Assembly: GCA_040381635.1 (NCBI GenBank)
Contig: JBEIHA010000001.1
Coordinates: forward strand, 1-33,392
DNA length: 33,392 nt
Reading direction: 5' to 3'
From: Pseudobdellovibrionaceae bacterium
Lineage (GTDB): Bacteria > Bdellovibrionota > Bdellovibrionia > Bdellovibrionales > UBA1609
Shown piece by piece: positions 32,373 through 33,392 of this stretch. The notes under the pieces are model-generated. The model saw only the letters and a list, made by a program, of their open reading frames with translations, was not told the origin of the DNA and ran no database searches. Every line of letters begins with the position of its first letter. Positions within the stretch are counted from its first letter, which is position 1. A program made the position numbers and the translations under genes.

Positions 32373-33386
32373 ATGTTTAAGTACACCCTTCAACGCATTT
32401 TTTGGATGCTGCCGACGCTTATCGGGATCAGTCTGATCTGTTTTATACTGATCAATCTGGCCCCGGGCGGCCCGGTGGAGCAAGCACTAAGCCGGATCCG
32501 CTTCGGGGCGGGTCAGGGCAGTGGTGGCAGCGCCATGGGTGTTTCCACTGACATTCTTGAATCCATCAAAAAGCAGTACGGTTTTGATAAGCCCGCGCAC
32601 TTGCGCTATCTGCTGTGGTTGAAGAACATTGCCACGGCGGATTTCGGCGAAAGTTTTTCGCATCAACGCCCGGTGATCGAAGTGATTCTAGATAAACTGC
32701 CGATCTCGCTTCAATTCGGGCTGGTGTCGCTTTTCTTGATTTATTTGATCAGTGTCCCTTTAGGGATATTAAAAGCGGTGCAAGACGGTTCCCAGTTCGA
32801 TTTATGGAGCAGCGTTGCCTTAATGATCGCTTACTCGATACCGCCACTGATTCTTGGCATCCTTATGCGCGTGTATCTGGCCGGTGGTGCGTTCTTGGAT
32901 ATCTTCCCGCTGGGTGAACTCTATTCAGATCAATATCACTCGCTGTCGACGTGGGGAAAAATTGTGGACCGCGCCCACCACTTTGTATTGCCGTTGATTT
33001 GTTACGTGGTGAACGGCTTCACGGTCCTAGTATTACTCATGAAAAATTCTTTGCTGGAAGAAATTCGTTTGGATTACGTACGCACCGCGCGCGCCAAGGG
33101 ACTTGAAGAGCGAACCGTGATTTACAAACATGCCCTTCGCAATGCCTTGATTCCGATCCTGACCGGCTTAGGCAGCTTTCTTACGATTTTCTTCGCGGGC
33201 AGTATCATCATCGAAACAGTTTACAACATCGACGGTATGGGGCTGCTTTCTTACAAATCCATTTTGTCGCGCGATTACAACGTGATCATGGCTTTAATCT
33301 TTATCCAGGCTGTTTTAGCCATGTTAGGTCGTTTGATTTCGGATCTGACCTACGTGTTGGTTGATCCAAGGATTGATTTCAAATGA
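32373..33386 (+). CDS. ABC transporter permease, YejB-like (microcin C / oligopeptide-type importer)
   Basis: It is collinear with E. coli YejB (INLAPGGPVEQ, YGFDKP, FGESF, SLQFGL, GILKAV..GS.FD.WSS, DYVRTARAKG, LRNA, TYVLVDPRIDF). Confidence 0.85.
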   Translation: MFKYTLQRIFWMLPTLIGISLICFILINLAPGGPVEQALSRIRFGAGQGSGGSAMGVSTDILESIKKQYGFDKPAHLRYLLWLKNIATADFGESFSHQRPVIEVILDKLPISLQFGLVSLFLIYLISVPLGILKAVQDGSQFDLWSSVALMIAYSIPPLILGILMRVYLAGGAFLDIFPLGELYSDQYHSLSTWGKIVDRAHHFVLPLICYVVNGFTVLVLLMKNSLLEEIRLDYVRTARAKGLEERTVIYKHALRNALIPILTGLGSFLTIFFAGSIIIETVYNIDGMGLLSYKSILSRDYNVIMALIFIQAVLAMLGRLISDLTYVLVDPRIDFK

Positions 33387-33392
33387 TCGAAA

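Noticed and set aside
33384-33392. An ATG overlapping the yejB-like stop (ATGA) probably starts a yejE-like second permease gene.
   Set aside because: Only three codons are inside the window, which is not enough to support a feature call.
1-33392. A search for CRISPR repeats, tRNA/rRNA genes, IS elements, integrases, restriction-modification, toxin-antitoxin pairs or other canonical defence genes.
   Set aside because: None was recognisable. Non-coding DNA totals only about 1 kb, and no translated ORF shows transposase, integrase, nuclease-helicase or small TA-like signatures.

Overview
This is a densely coded bacterial chromosomal segment with about 34 protein genes, many joined by 1-14 nt overlaps. 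I saw no rRNA, tRNA, CRISPR array, transposase, integrase or long repeat. All calls come from reading the supplied translations and the DNA by eye, with no searches run. Gene content (HAD-IG 5'-nucleotidase, DUF4388-like regulator, very compact layout) loosely suggests a Bdellovibrio-like or other predatory lineage, but that is only an impression.

Contents in order:
- A truncated YgjP/DUF45 hydrolase and a small secreted protein.
- A six-gene translationally coupled pantothenate/CoA operon on the minus strand (DUF2520 reductase-like, panB, panC, coaBC, coaX, panD).
- A membrane-anchored hypothetical protein, then a rhodanese plus HAD-IG 5'-nucleotidase pair.
- A coupled hppD, short-form hmgA and ribD.
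- A six-gene signalling locus: sensor-HAMP-PP2C phosphatase, RsbW-like GHKL protein, STAS protein, PAS-PAS-Hpt-CheA-core kinase, CheY-like receiver, and a REC/DUF4388-like/J-like(NPD)/TPR protein.
- A minus-strand run of 2-Cys peroxiredoxin, circularly permuted (GspS-like) ATP-grasp, a long divergent SelO/YdiU-like kinase-fold protein, hldD, a long-form aromatic amino acid hydroxylase and a TrmJ-like methyltransferase.
- xthA plus a tandem-SH3b secreted protein.
- Two tandem paralogous Cys-rich membrane-anchored proteins.
- A Cys-depleted DksA-like protein, an agmatinase-family ureohydrolase, and the start of a YejABE-like peptide ABC importer.

The best candidates for undescribed biology are two. 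One is the partner-switching plus CheA-like phosphorelay locus, which has no sigma factor or DNA-binding output. The other is the peroxiredoxin / ATP-grasp / SelO-like neighbourhood. I found no canonical defence, toxin-antitoxin or mobile-element signature.
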